Source: Capsulimonadaceae bacterium
GTDB taxonomy: Bacteria > Armatimonadota > Armatimonadia > Armatimonadales > Capsulimonadaceae
NCBI GenBank assembly: GCA_965215505.1
Contig: OZ244065.1
Span: 4,928,001 to 4,992,000 of the forward strand
DNA: 64,000 nucleotides
Direction: 5' to 3'
Under the pieces are notes generated by a model, which saw only the letters and a program-made list of their open reading frames with translations, had not been told where the DNA came from and ran no database searches. The position numbers and the translations under genes are program-made. This document shows, piece by piece, positions 29,080 through 38,729 of this stretch; position 1 is the first letter of the stretch, and each line of letters begins with the position of its first letter.

Positions 29080-30174
29080 TCACTTCGCCGCCTCTTCCGA
29101 CAGACGCCGACTCAGCAGGGCCATGACGGCTGCCTCCTCGGGCCGCAGGGAGTGGAGCGAGTCCACGAGTTCCTGCTCGGCCCGCTGCTCCAAAGCGTGC
29201 AGCATTGTCCCGTCCAAATACATGTCCAGTACGCCGGGGTGGACGTAGCACTTGCGGCAGATGGCGGGCGTGTTGCCCAGCCTCTGGGCGACGGCCTTGA
29301 TCGCCGCCGTGACGTTTCTCTTGGCCTGCGTCGCCGAGTCGAACGCCTCAAACTCCTGCAAGGCGAGCGAAGCCAAGACGGTCCCGGCCCAGGTGCGGAA
29401 GTCCTTGGCGGTGAAATGCTCACCGGTGATCTCGTGCAGATACTCGTTCACGTCCGACGAGTCAATCGTGTGCCGCGTGCCGTCGTCATCGGTGTACTGG
29501 AAGACCTCCTGCCCCGGCAGGTCACGCAGGCGCTGGACGACGCGGGCCAGCCGCCGGTCCTTGACGTCAATCGTGTGTTCCTTGCCGCTCTTGCCCACGA
29601 AATGGAAGTGCAGCGTCGCGCCCTCCACCTCCACATGCTCGTTCTGCATCGTGGTCAGGCCGTAGTGGTGGTTCTCCTCGGCATATTCCTTGTTCCCCAC
29701 CCGGATCAAGGTCGTCTCCAGCAGGCGCACGACCGTCGCCAGAACCTTCGCGCGCGTCAGCCCGTGCTGGCCCAGGTCGCGCTCGACCCGCGCACGGATG
29801 CCGGGCAGGGCTTCCCCGAAGGCCATCATGCGCTCGTACTTGGTTTCATCCCGCGTCTCGCGCCAGCGCGGGTGGTAGCGGTACTGCTTGCGGCCCTTGG
29901 CGTCGTGCCCCGTCGCCTGCAAGTAGCCGTTCTCCGACCGGCAGATCCAGACGTCGGTGTAGGCGGGCGGGATGCCGAGCGACTTGACGCGCGCCAGCGT
30001 CTTCTCATCCTCGATGACATGGCCGTCCGGCGCGACGTACCGGAAGCCCTCGCCGTCCGGCTCGCGCCGGATGCCTGGTTGCTTGTCGGTGACATAGCGA
30101 AGCCCGGCGGCCTTGACTTCTTCGGGGGCGGAACCCGCCGTGGCTGTGGAGATCAGAGTAGGTGGTGTGTTCAT
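29080..30174 (-). CDS. Bacterial DNA topoisomerase IB
   Basis: IPPAYTDVWIC, GRKQYRYH, RVGN, KDFRTW, LGNTPAICRKCYVHP (catalytic Tyr). Confidence 0.95.
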   Translation of the reverse strand: MNTPPTLISTATAGSAPEEVKAAGLRYVTDKQPGIRREPDGEGFRYVAPDGHVIEDEKTLARVKSLGIPPAYTDVWICRSENGYLQATGHDAKGRKQYRYHPRWRETRDETKYERMMAFGEALPGIRARVERDLGQHGLTRAKVLATVVRLLETTLIRVGNKEYAEENHHYGLTTMQNEHVEVEGATLHFHFVGKSGKEHTIDVKDRRLARVVQRLRDLPGQEVFQYTDDDGTRHTIDSSDVNEYLHEITGEHFTAKDFRTWAGTVLASLALQEFEAFDSATQAKRNVTAAIKAVAQRLGNTPAICRKCYVHPGVLDMYLDGTMLHALEQRAEQELVDSLHSLRPEEAAVMALLSRRLSEEAAK

Positions 30175-30217
30175 GGGAATGACTGTGGTGTACCCAAAAA
30201 CCGGGAACTTTTCTAGG

Positions 30218-30246
30218 TTGACAGACATTGTGAATAATGGTACAAT
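30218..30246 (+). promoter_or_regulatory. Sigma-70 promoter
   Basis: TTGACA-N17-TACAAT. Confidence 0.75.
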
Positions 30247-30274
30247 CTAGTTTGTGAAAAGAGGCACAAAGTCA

Positions 30275-30400
30275 ATGATGCTCCTGCGTCCCCAAATGTC
30301 CGCGTCCGGTTTCTTCCTCGGCGCTTTCCTTGCCGCCACCGCCGCCGCCGTGAAGATCATCTTCCTGAACGAGATCGAAGAGCGGCGCGAATACCGGTAA
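30275..30400 (+). CDS. 41-aa small membrane protein (below ORF-track cutoff)
   Basis: MMLLRPQMSASGFFLGAFLAATAAAVKIIFLNEIEERREYR; AAGAGG RBS; directly behind a sigma-70 promoter. Confidence 0.55.
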   Translation: MMLLRPQMSASGFFLGAFLAATAAAVKIIFLNEIEERREYR

Positions 30401-30424
30401 ACTCGCCACTTCGGAGGCCGCCCA

Positions 30425-31378
30425 ATGACGCATCCGCTTTCCGGCTATGAAGCCCTGCACCGGCCCGATGGCCTTGCCATCTGGGACCGCACGCCGCGTG
30501 GCCTTTTGGAACTGCGTGGGTCGGACCGCCACACGTTCTTGCAGGGCATGGTTTCCAATGACGTGTTCGGCATCTCGCCGGGCACAAGCCGTCACGCCGC
30601 CCTGCTGGATAGTACCGGACATATTCTGGCAGATCTGCACGTCTATGCCTTCCCCGACGCGCTCCTCATTGAGACCGATCCCCCCTGTCTTGCGATCCTG
30701 CACGGGACTTTGGACAAGCTGCTCATCATGGAAGACGTCACGCTGACTGATGTTTCCGATGCGTGGGCCATCCTGTCCGTGCTGGGCGAGGGCGCACGGT
30801 CACTGACCGATCTGCCCGGCGAGAAGTCTTCCCTCGCCGTCCCCCTTGCTCCCGGCTTTGACCTCTGGCTCCCAGTCGCCGAGCGCGAGTCCGTCTGGGA
30901 GGCGCTGACTGCTGCCGGCGCGCTCTCCCTGGACCATGCCTCCGCCGAGGCGCTGCGCGTCGAGGCCGGCATCCCCGCCTGGGGACACGAGCTTTCCCCG
31001 TCTGTCCTCCTGCCCGAAGCCGACATGGATGATGCCGTCTCCTACACCAAGGGCTGCTATGTCGGCCAGGAGATCGTCGCCCGACTGCATGCACGAGGTC
31101 ACACTAACCGTTCCCTGTGCCGGATTCTGTTGGCCGAAGACGCCCCCGTGCCGCCGGTCGGCGCGACGGTTCATGTCCCCGAAGACGGCCCCGAGCCGGG
31201 CCGCGAGATTGGGCGCATCACCAGTGCCGTCGCCTCCCCCAAGCATGGCGGCCAGTCCCTTGCCCTGGCCTACGTCCGCAAGGAGTATCTCGCGGATGGG
31301 ACGTCCGTCTCCATCCAGATCGAGCAGCCCGGCGGCCTGATGTTCGCGTATGGCGGGACCGTCCTCTCCCCGGCATGA
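30425..31378 (+). CDS. YgfZ/GcvT-family folate-binding protein
   Basis: FLQGMVSND, KGCYVGQE signature. Confidence 0.9.
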   Translation: MTHPLSGYEALHRPDGLAIWDRTPRGLLELRGSDRHTFLQGMVSNDVFGISPGTSRHAALLDSTGHILADLHVYAFPDALLIETDPPCLAILHGTLDKLLIMEDVTLTDVSDAWAILSVLGEGARSLTDLPGEKSSLAVPLAPGFDLWLPVAERESVWEALTAAGALSLDHASAEALRVEAGIPAWGHELSPSVLLPEADMDDAVSYTKGCYVGQEIVARLHARGHTNRSLCRILLAEDAPVPPVGATVHVPEDGPEPGREIGRITSAVASPKHGGQSLALAYVRKEYLADGTSVSIQIEQPGGLMFAYGGTVLSPA

Positions 31379-31433
31379 GCGCCGGGCGGAGGGGCAGGAG
31401 GAATTTTACCCTCCTGCCCCGAACCTGCCCCGC

Positions 31434-32375
31434 ATGGCAACTCCAACACTCGAAACCACGCAATTTGAAGGCTGGGACAGCGTCCGCCTCAGCAACGGTG
31501 ACGCCGAGATCGTCGTCACCACAGCCATCGGGCCACGCATCATCCGCTACGGGCTTGTCGGCGGGCCGAACGCCTTCCAGGTCATCCCCGAAACACGCGG
31601 GCAGACCGGCGGGGCTGAATGGACCCCCTACGGCGGGCACCGGCTCTGGCACGCGCCGGAAGTCAAGCCGCGCTCCTACCACCCGGACAACGAACCCTAT
31701 CCCGTCCCGACCCTGGATGGCGGCAAACTCCGCATCGCCTACGGCACGGAAAGCACGACGGGGATTGCCAAGGAGATGAACGTGACGCTCGCGCCGTCTG
31801 GACCCGCGGCCCGCATCGAGCATGTCCTGACCAACCACAACGTCTGGCCCATCACACTCGCGCCGTGGGCGCTCAGCATCGTCGCGGGCGGCGGGCGGGT
31901 CGTGCTGCCGCAGGAGCCGTTCGTCTCGCACGACGACGAACTGGCCCCCGCCCGGCCCCTGGTCCTCTGGAAATTCACCGATATGGCCGACCCGCGCTGG
32001 CGCTGGGGGACGAAATACCTGTCACTGCGGCAGGCGGACGAAGTCGCCCACGCCCAGAAGGTCGGGCTTTACAACGCGCAGGGGTGGGGGGCACACCTCA
32101 CCGACGAGCAGGCGTTCATCATCCAGATCGCGCCCGCCCCAGGCGGCCCTGACGTGCTGACGGACATGGGCAGCAACTTCGAGACGTTCACCAAGGCCGC
32201 CTTCCAGGAACTGGAAACGCTCGGCCCGCTTACGCTCCTGGAGCCGGGCCGGTCCGTGACGCACACGGAACACTGGTTCCTGGCGAAGACCGGGCCGGTC
32301 CCGGACACCGATGAGGCGCTGGATGCCTCCCTCCTGCCGATCGTGCGGGACGCCCAGGCGCAGGCAGTCAGCTAA
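31434..32375 (+). CDS. Galactose-mutarotase-like hypothetical protein (DUF4380-like)
   Basis: GPRII, YGGHRLWHAPE, ELETLGPL, HTEHW motifs. Confidence 0.6.
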   Translation: MATPTLETTQFEGWDSVRLSNGDAEIVVTTAIGPRIIRYGLVGGPNAFQVIPETRGQTGGAEWTPYGGHRLWHAPEVKPRSYHPDNEPYPVPTLDGGKLRIAYGTESTTGIAKEMNVTLAPSGPAARIEHVLTNHNVWPITLAPWALSIVAGGGRVVLPQEPFVSHDDELAPARPLVLWKFTDMADPRWRWGTKYLSLRQADEVAHAQKVGLYNAQGWGAHLTDEQAFIIQIAPAPGGPDVLTDMGSNFETFTKAAFQELETLGPLTLLEPGRSVTHTEHWFLAKTGPVPDTDEALDASLLPIVRDAQAQAVS

Positions 32376-32384
32376 GGCGCACCG

Positions 32385-32422
32385 AAAAGGCCCCCCGATT
32401 TTGGAAACCGGGGGGCCTTTTT
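32385..32422. terminator. Bidirectional intrinsic terminator
   Basis: AAAAGGCCCCCCG...CGGGGGGCCTTTTT between convergent genes. Confidence 0.85.
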
Positions 32423-32439
32423 GCTGACTTCCGAAGAGA

Positions 32440-32715
32440 CTACTGGCCGCCGCCCGCTCCGGCGGGCGCGGGAGCCGTCGGGGGCGTACTCATGCTGCTG
32501 GCTCCCGCCGGGCTGCCGGGAGAAGCCAGGGGCGGTGCGCTCGGGGCGGGTGCCGAGGCAGGCGCAGTGAGCGTGATCGGCGTCGCCGGCTTCTGATGGT
32601 CGCTGTACAGGGCGACGCCGATGAAGACCGCCACGAATGCCAGCACGACGAGGATCACAAGTGTCCCCCAATTGGCATTTTCGGTGCTGGTGTCGGTGTT
32701 TGCGTTGACGCTCAT
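32440..32715 (-). CDS. Small single-TM protein with Pro/Ala-rich tail
   Basis: AGGAGG RBS, TM helix, low-complexity C-terminus. Confidence 0.7.
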   Translation of the reverse strand: MSVNANTDTSTENANWGTLVILVVLAFVAVFIGVALYSDHQKPATPITLTAPASAPAPSAPPLASPGSPAGASSMSTPPTAPAPAGAGGGQ

Positions 32716-32795
32716 GGGGCGCCTCCTGACGGGTTGGATTGAGTGCGATTATACCCCATCCGGGCGTACCGATGTCATCCCCGCCCTGCGCTCTT

Positions 32796-33326
32796 TTAGC
32801 GGAAGAAGGTGGAGAAGCCCAGGATCAGGTTGGACGTGCCCGAAGAGTGGCGCGCGGCGCGGTAGTCTGCCTCCAGGTTCAGGGCGATGTTCGGGTTGAA
32901 AAAGTACTTCACGCCGCCTTGCCCGCCGACCGAGGCGCTGCTGTCGTTGACGTGCGAATAGCCCACGAACACGCCGAGGTAGGGCAGGAGCGGGTTAGTC
33001 GCCCCGCCGGAGAAGTAGTAGTTCGCGAACCCACCCACGGACGACGCCGTGGTGGAATGCCTGGCCCCCGAGACCTCAGCGACGCCGCCGAACTCCACGG
33101 TGGGGGAGGTGAAGTAGCCGTAGCTGCCCTGCACGGCATAGGGCTTGTTGCCGTTGAAGGAGTAGTTGGCGGCGACGCCAATCTCTTTCGTCCCCGATGT
33201 CGGCAGCAGCAGGGTGTCAGGCGGCGTCAGCGTCGCCTGCGCCCGCGCCGCCGGGGCGAGGGACAGGAATGCAGCGGCCAGGACCGCCCCCAGGGCGCAA
33301 ACGCCCGGCGTCTTGGAAAATGGCAT
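32796..33326 (-). CDS. Outer-membrane beta-barrel protein (OmpA/OmpW-like)
   Basis: Signal peptide, PYLG and GGVKYFF strands, aromatic C-terminus; AAGGAG RBS. Confidence 0.75.
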   Translation of the reverse strand: MPFSKTPGVCALGAVLAAAFLSLAPAARAQATLTPPDTLLLPTSGTKEIGVAANYSFNGNKPYAVQGSYGYFTSPTVEFGGVAEVSGARHSTTASSVGGFANYYFSGGATNPLLPYLGVFVGYSHVNDSSASVGGQGGVKYFFNPNIALNLEADYRAARHSSGTSNLILGFSTFFR

Positions 33327-33538
33327 GGTGGTCGTCTCCTTCGGTGGGTCGTGGTTCCCCGGAGGGGGGTAGTGCGGGGAAGCTCCGGGAATAGTCAACA
33401 GCTACTTACCCAAATCTCGCCGGCTCAAACATGACGCGGGACGCGCACACAGGCCACTCGCGGCGCTTTGGGGTCCGTTTGAAGTATAATCGTCCCTGAG
33501 ACTTCGGCAGCCACAGTGCCGACGACAAAGGAACCCTC

Positions 33539-34501
33539 ATGCCTAGAACGCGCCGCCTCAGAATGCCCCGCCTCAGAATGCCCCGCCTCCCCCTCGTGGG
33601 GATATCACTGTTCCTGCTGGTCCTGCTGGCCGTAGCCGCACAGGCCGCCCCCAGGCGCGTCCCGGCCCGGCCCGCCGTGGCCGCCGAGCGGTTCACCTTC
33701 GTCGCCTATGGCGACACGCGCACCGACCCCGCCGCCCACGCGCGCGTCATCCAGGAGATCGTCGGACTGCACCCCGAGTTCGTCCTGCAAAGCGGCGACC
33801 TCGTTTCCAACGGGACCAACCCCAAGCAGTGGGACCTGTTCAACCAGATCACGCAGCCGCTCCGCGCCGCCCACATCGCCTACTATCCGGCGCGCGGCAA
33901 CCACGATTTGGGCACCTTCTATCCTCATTATGTCCCCGGCACGTTTGACTCGGGCGACAAGGTCAACCGCCTGTATTACGCCTTCACCCGCCACAACAAC
34001 CGTTTCATCATCGTGGACAGCATGGAGCCTTACGATCCGGGCAGCGTCCAGTACGTCTGGCTCGAACGCGAGCTGGCCCGCTCGAAGGCCTTCGTCAGCA
34101 CCTTCGTCATGTTCCACGAGGGCCCGTTCTCGGTCGGCCCGCACGGGCCGACGCTGGACGCGCAGAAGTACCTGCACCCGCTGTTCGTCAAGTACCACCC
34201 CCGCGCCGTTTTCTGCGGCCACGATCACCTCTACTACCGGACCAAGCGCGATGGAGTCACCTACATCGTCACCGGCGGCGGCGGTGCCCCGCCCTACCGG
34301 CCCGAGAACGCCCAGATCGCCATCCCCGGCGACGTATTCCAGCGCGACGTGGACAGCGTAGGCCGCCCCCTGAGTGACGTCCAATACGACGCCCTGATCT
34401 ATCACGCCATCCGCTGCGAGGTGGACGGCCCGCGCGTCACGGCGACCGTCATCCGGCTCGATGGCAGCATTATCGACAAATTCACACTGGGATCCAAGTA
34501 G
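33539..34501 (+). CDS. Secreted metallophosphoesterase (purple acid phosphatase-like)
   Basis: GDT, GDLV, GNHD, H, GHDH motifs; signal peptide. Confidence 0.9.
   Translation: MPRTRRLRMPRLRMPRLPLVGISLFLLVLLAVAAQAAPRRVPARPAVAAERFTFVAYGDTRTDPAAHARVIQEIVGLHPEFVLQSGDLVSNGTNPKQWDLFNQITQPLRAAHIAYYPARGNHDLGTFYPHYVPGTFDSGDKVNRLYYAFTRHNNRFIIVDSMEPYDPGSVQYVWLERELARSKAFVSTFVMFHEGPFSVGPHGPTLDAQKYLHPLFVKYHPRAVFCGHDHLYYRTKRDGVTYIVTGGGGAPPYRPENAQIAIPGDVFQRDVDSVGRPLSDVQYDALIYHAIRCEVDGPRVTATVIRLDGSIIDKFTLGSK
33553..33589 (+). repeat. 15-bp tandem repeat CCGCCTCAGAATGCC x~2.5
   Basis: Read directly; encodes RLRMP repeats in the signal n-region. Confidence 0.9.
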
Positions 34502-34634
34502 AAGGGCAGACACATCCCTAAGTTTTACTGACAAATCATGTGGGAACAGTACGTTAGCGGAACAAAAACGTCTCTTACTCAGTCATTCGTGTAAGCTGGA
34601 CAAGACAAAAACCCGCTATAAGGAGCGCCCACCG

Positions 34635-35222
34635 ATGTCAGTAGCACAAGCACCCGCCCGAAACCCTTATCACAAACCTAGAACCGTGGACGAGCTGACC
34701 GAGCGCAACGTGGAGCTTGTCGCACAACTCGACGAAACCGCCCGGTCCAAGCGGACGCCCACGGACCGCGTCGTGGACACCATCACGGGCTTCTGCGGCA
34801 AGATCGCATTCATCTGGGTGCATGTGCTTTGGTTCAGCGCCTGGATGGTTTACAACTTCCTGCCGCACCTGCCTAAAGGGTGGCGGTTTGATCCCTACCC
34901 GTGGCCGCTCCTGCTGATGATCGTGAATCTGGAGGCGATCTTCCTGTCAACGTTCATCCTGATCAGCCAGAACCGCCAGAACCGGCTAGCAGAGCGCCGT
35001 TCGCATCTGGATTTGCAGATAAATTTGCTATCTGAGCAGGAAAACACCAAAATGCTGACGATGCTGGAGGCTATCGTCCACCACTTCGACATCCCCGACG
35101 GCGACCCGGAGGTCTCGGTCCTGGCCGCGTCCACCGAGCCAGAGCGGCTGGTGAGGCAGATCGAGAAGGTGATCGACAAGGAAGCGCAGTCGAAGAGGTC
35201 GGACGACGGCAACGAGCCGTAA
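34635..35222 (+). CDS. DUF1003 membrane protein
   Basis: FDPYPW.LL..VNLEAIFLSTFILISQNRQ motif. Confidence 0.85.
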   Translation: MSVAQAPARNPYHKPRTVDELTERNVELVAQLDETARSKRTPTDRVVDTITGFCGKIAFIWVHVLWFSAWMVYNFLPHLPKGWRFDPYPWPLLLMIVNLEAIFLSTFILISQNRQNRLAERRSHLDLQINLLSEQENTKMLTMLEAIVHHFDIPDGDPEVSVLAASTEPERLVRQIEKVIDKEAQSKRSDDGNEP

Positions 35223-35237
35223 CAGAAGGACGAAACC

Positions 35238-35798
35238 TTGACCGTACCCGCCGAAGCCCTGCCGGAACACGTCAGCCAGCATGTAGACACGGTCGCCGCG
35301 CTCCACGCGCGGGCCGAAAGCGGCGTCAGTATCCATCAGCGGGTGGTGGAGGCCGTCACCTCGAACCTGGGCCGGCCCCTGTTCCTGAACCTCACTTTGG
35401 CCGCTCTCGCCCTCTGGATGCTGGTCAACGTCTTTCCCAGGCGCTTCGGCATCGCCGCGTTCGACCCGTTCCCGTTCCCCCTGCTGGCCGGGGCCGTCAG
35501 CACCGGCGGGCTGCTGCTGGCGATCGTCATCCTGATCACGCAGAACCGGCAGGCGCGGGCCGCCGAGCGGCGGGCGCAGCTCGACCTTCAGGTCAGCCTC
35601 CTGACCGAGCAGAAGATCGCCAAGCTGATCGCGCTCGTGGAGGAGCTTCGCCGCGACATGCCCACGGTCCGGGACCGTCTGGACCCCGTCGCCGCCGCCA
35701 TGTCCGAGGCGACCGACCCCCACGCCATCCTGGACGCCCTGGAAGAGAAGCTGGACGAGGCGGTGGAGCTGGTAGAAGAGGCACAGGGGCAGGTGTGA
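35238..35798 (+). CDS. DUF1003 membrane protein
   Basis: FDPFPF.LL...ILITQNRQ..DLQVSLLTEQK motif; TTG start. Confidence 0.8.
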   Translation: MTVPAEALPEHVSQHVDTVAALHARAESGVSIHQRVVEAVTSNLGRPLFLNLTLAALALWMLVNVFPRRFGIAAFDPFPFPLLAGAVSTGGLLLAIVILITQNRQARAAERRAQLDLQVSLLTEQKIAKLIALVEELRRDMPTVRDRLDPVAAAMSEATDPHAILDALEEKLDEAVELVEEAQGQV

Positions 35799-35896
35799 GG
35801 GAAGGGAGCGCGTCCTTACGGAGCGCCGTGTTCTCGTTCGCAGAACGCTTTTCCTAGCGAGTGGTTTTCAACCACTCGTCCTTGCCGCCGTGCTGC

Positions 35897-38587
35897 TCAC
35901 CGCGCCCCCGCCTTGGTCTCCCGCGCCGCCGCGTCAACAAGCCCCGCCAGCGGATGCTCGCCGCGCGTGGCCTCCGCGTCCGCGAAGTCCAGGACGAAGC
36001 CGCCCCAGGCGCTTTTGCCGCCCGCCATCTTCCCCGCGAGGTCCGTTTGGAGTGCGCGGGCCAGAGCGTCGGTGTCGGCGGAGTTGCTGACGCGCTCGCG
36101 CAGCAGAGCGGCCTTGCCCTGCTTCTGCGCTCCAACGGCGATCCGTTCGGGCTTCGGGTAAAACTCGCCGACGAACAGCGTCCGCAGGGGCGGCGGGAGT
36201 TGCCTCGGGTCGTCCCAGCTTGCCAGCCATTCGGTGCGGACGGCGCTCTGCTCCATCAGAATGGGCCGCGCGGACACGCGCGCCTGACGCATCGCGCCCA
36301 GCAGGGCGGCATTGGCCCCGGCCCGCGCCTTGTCCCACAATGCGGGCAGAGCCTTGTCCGCCGCCGCGTCGTCGAAGGCAGGTAGGCTGACGTCGGCCCT
36401 CAGAGATAACGCTGGCGTGATGTCCAGCGGGTCGGCGTGGGCGAAGCGCAGGAAGGCCAGGCGCATCGCGGGCGTGTAGCCCAAGTCGCTGCCCGCCTCG
36501 GCGTCTTCCCAGACGAACCCGGCCAGGCCGGGCCGGGCGGACAAGCCCTGCACCAGCGCCGTCAGAGTACCGCGCACCGTCTCCGCCGCCGGGCTGACCA
36601 GGACAGGGGGCGGCGCGAACACGACCGGCTTGCCCGCGTCGTCGTACTCCGCCTCCTGCATCCGGTCGCGGGCGTGTACGCCCACTTCCTGACTGTTCTC
36701 TCCCTCGATGGAGAGGTCGCGAGCGGCCTCGGGCGGCGCGTCCCCCCAGGGCAGCAGGCTCAGGTCGGCGTACATGGTGATGCCGGTGCCTGCCGTCTGC
36801 TTCAAGGCTTCCCCCAAGATGTCTGGATCTTTGCCGCCGACGTGCGAGACGCCGCCGGAGAACACGTCCAGCCACAGCTCATTCAGGCCGACCTTCCGCA
36901 TCGCCGCGACTAAGGCGTCCACAGACGCCGCCGTGCGCGGGTGTCCGATTACGGCCCGCCGGAGCCGGGAGCGCAGCAGAGGTATCAGCGCGGGGAGCGG
37001 CACTGACTTTGTCGTCTCCTGTGGGTGGAAGGCTTCGGGGTGACGTTCTGCGGCAATGGCCTCGCCAGGCCAGAACAGCATCCACATCGGCTGCTGAAGG
37101 CCCGACTCTACCAGTGTGTTTATCGTTGGTATCAGCATCTCGACCTTGTATTCCATCCTGAGATCCACCGGCCCGGTCGGGTCCGCCTCCTGGGGATCGC
37201 CTTCCGCAAGATACTGCGGCAAGGTGCTGCTCGCGCTCCGCTCCTCGTAATCGGCGGCGGTCCGGCGAGCCAAGTCCTGCTGTGCCGCCGTCAGCTTCGC
37301 ATAGGGGTAGCGGCCCTCTTCGCCGGGCAGCTCAGGGATCATGATATCTCTCTTCATGGCCGTCATTTGGCTAGGTGTGAGGGCTATAGGATCGCCGAAT
37401 GCCGGCAGGGCGCGCGCCTGATTGATGCGGCGCTTGAGCAGCGCCGCCCCGGCCCGGTCGCCCAGAGCGTGCTGGCCGTCTTGCGCCGCCTCCTCCCACT
37501 CCGCTAGTCGCTGGCGGCGCGCGCCGACGCCAGCCAAGGCGTCCGTCAGGACAAAGGCCGGGCCGACCTGCCGGTAGGTGCCCGCCACGGCGAGGGCCAG
37601 TGCGCCGAGTAGGTCGCCCGCCGGGGCGGACGGCGCGGGGCCGATCACCATCAGCGTCCGTCGCGCGTAGTGCGGGTCGGCGTAGACCTCCTTGTGTGAG
37701 AGTGCCGCAATCCGCTCGGTCATGTCTTCCACCGTCCGCAGGCCCGCCACCGGAACCGCCACCGCAAGCGCCGGGTCATCCAAGTGCAAATCGCCCGGCC
37801 GGGGCGTGTTGATGACGGTGGCCCGCAGGGCGACGTTGTGCTGGGCGGCGGGAGAGTCCAGCTTCGGCGACCAGGTGTGCAGCCGCTTCGCTTCGTCCGC
37901 CGCCTTCACAGAGAAGTAGATGGTCTGCCCCGCACGGTCATGAACATAGAGGTGCGTAGTCTGCCCCAACCGGATGCGGACGCCGTCGATCTGGTCTGAA
38001 ACGTCGCGCGTGTCCGTGCGCTGGTCGTCGGGCAGCTTCGCCATCTCCGGGTCCTGCGAGGCGACCCACAACCGCCCTCGAGGGAACAAGGCGTGGAACA
38101 AGGCCTGCTGCGTCCTGTCCGGCAGGTCTGTCAGGCCCAGGCCGCGCTCCGAGGTTAATGCCGCCCACTGCGAGTCGTCCAGGCTGGCCGCCAGCATTCT
38201 GAAAGCCGGACGGGGGCTGAGATCTGCCGTCACGTCCGGCGGCGCGGGGTCCTCGTTCAGCACGACGCGCGTTGCCGGGGCGACGGCGGTAACAGTCCCG
38301 AACGGTTGCGCCTGTTCGCCGAACGCCGCCGCGACAGTGCCGAGGTCTACGCCGCCCGTCGGCGGTGCTTCTGCCCCGGCGGACAGCTTCACCTTGTCTG
38401 CCCCGACCGCCAGCAGGACGCCTTGCGTCGGCGGCGGCATGGACGCCAGCGCCCCGGCCAGCGTCAGGCCGGGCGGCGTGGGCGGCTTCGTCTGCGCCCC
38501 GGCAGGCCCCAGCAGCAGCAAGGACGGCAGGAGTGCCAGGAACGCGCGGGAGCCGCCTCGCCCGCTTGCATGGCCTTTGCTCCGCAT
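35897..38587 (-). CDS. Large secreted hypothetical protein (paralog of 43291-45918)
   Basis: Signal peptide ending AGA-Q; extensive collinear similarity to 43291-45918; possible C-terminal GHL10-like barrel. Confidence 0.8.
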   Translation of the reverse strand: MRSKGHASGRGGSRAFLALLPSLLLLGPAGAQTKPPTPPGLTLAGALASMPPPTQGVLLAVGADKVKLSAGAEAPPTGGVDLGTVAAAFGEQAQPFGTVTAVAPATRVVLNEDPAPPDVTADLSPRPAFRMLAASLDDSQWAALTSERGLGLTDLPDRTQQALFHALFPRGRLWVASQDPEMAKLPDDQRTDTRDVSDQIDGVRIRLGQTTHLYVHDRAGQTIYFSVKAADEAKRLHTWSPKLDSPAAQHNVALRATVINTPRPGDLHLDDPALAVAVPVAGLRTVEDMTERIAALSHKEVYADPHYARRTLMVIGPAPSAPAGDLLGALALAVAGTYRQVGPAFVLTDALAGVGARRQRLAEWEEAAQDGQHALGDRAGAALLKRRINQARALPAFGDPIALTPSQMTAMKRDIMIPELPGEEGRYPYAKLTAAQQDLARRTAADYEERSASSTLPQYLAEGDPQEADPTGPVDLRMEYKVEMLIPTINTLVESGLQQPMWMLFWPGEAIAAERHPEAFHPQETTKSVPLPALIPLLRSRLRRAVIGHPRTAASVDALVAAMRKVGLNELWLDVFSGGVSHVGGKDPDILGEALKQTAGTGITMYADLSLLPWGDAPPEAARDLSIEGENSQEVGVHARDRMQEAEYDDAGKPVVFAPPPVLVSPAAETVRGTLTALVQGLSARPGLAGFVWEDAEAGSDLGYTPAMRLAFLRFAHADPLDITPALSLRADVSLPAFDDAAADKALPALWDKARAGANAALLGAMRQARVSARPILMEQSAVRTEWLASWDDPRQLPPPLRTLFVGEFYPKPERIAVGAQKQGKAALLRERVSNSADTDALARALQTDLAGKMAGGKSAWGGFVLDFADAEATRGEHPLAGLVDAAARETKAGAR

Positions 38588-38729
38588 GAAGATAGTGTAT
38601 AGCATATCCCTAATAACGGGCGGCGCACGAGAACGGTTCGCGGCTGACGTTGACAGCGGGCGGCGCGATTCGGGTACACTGAAACGCCTGACAACCAGCC
38701 AATAAGAGCGATATAAGAGAGATCAAGCC

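Noticed and set aside
29068-30216. 382-aa plus-strand ORF mirroring topoisomerase IB
   Set aside because: Antisense shadow typical of high-GC3 coding sequence; no recognisable motifs
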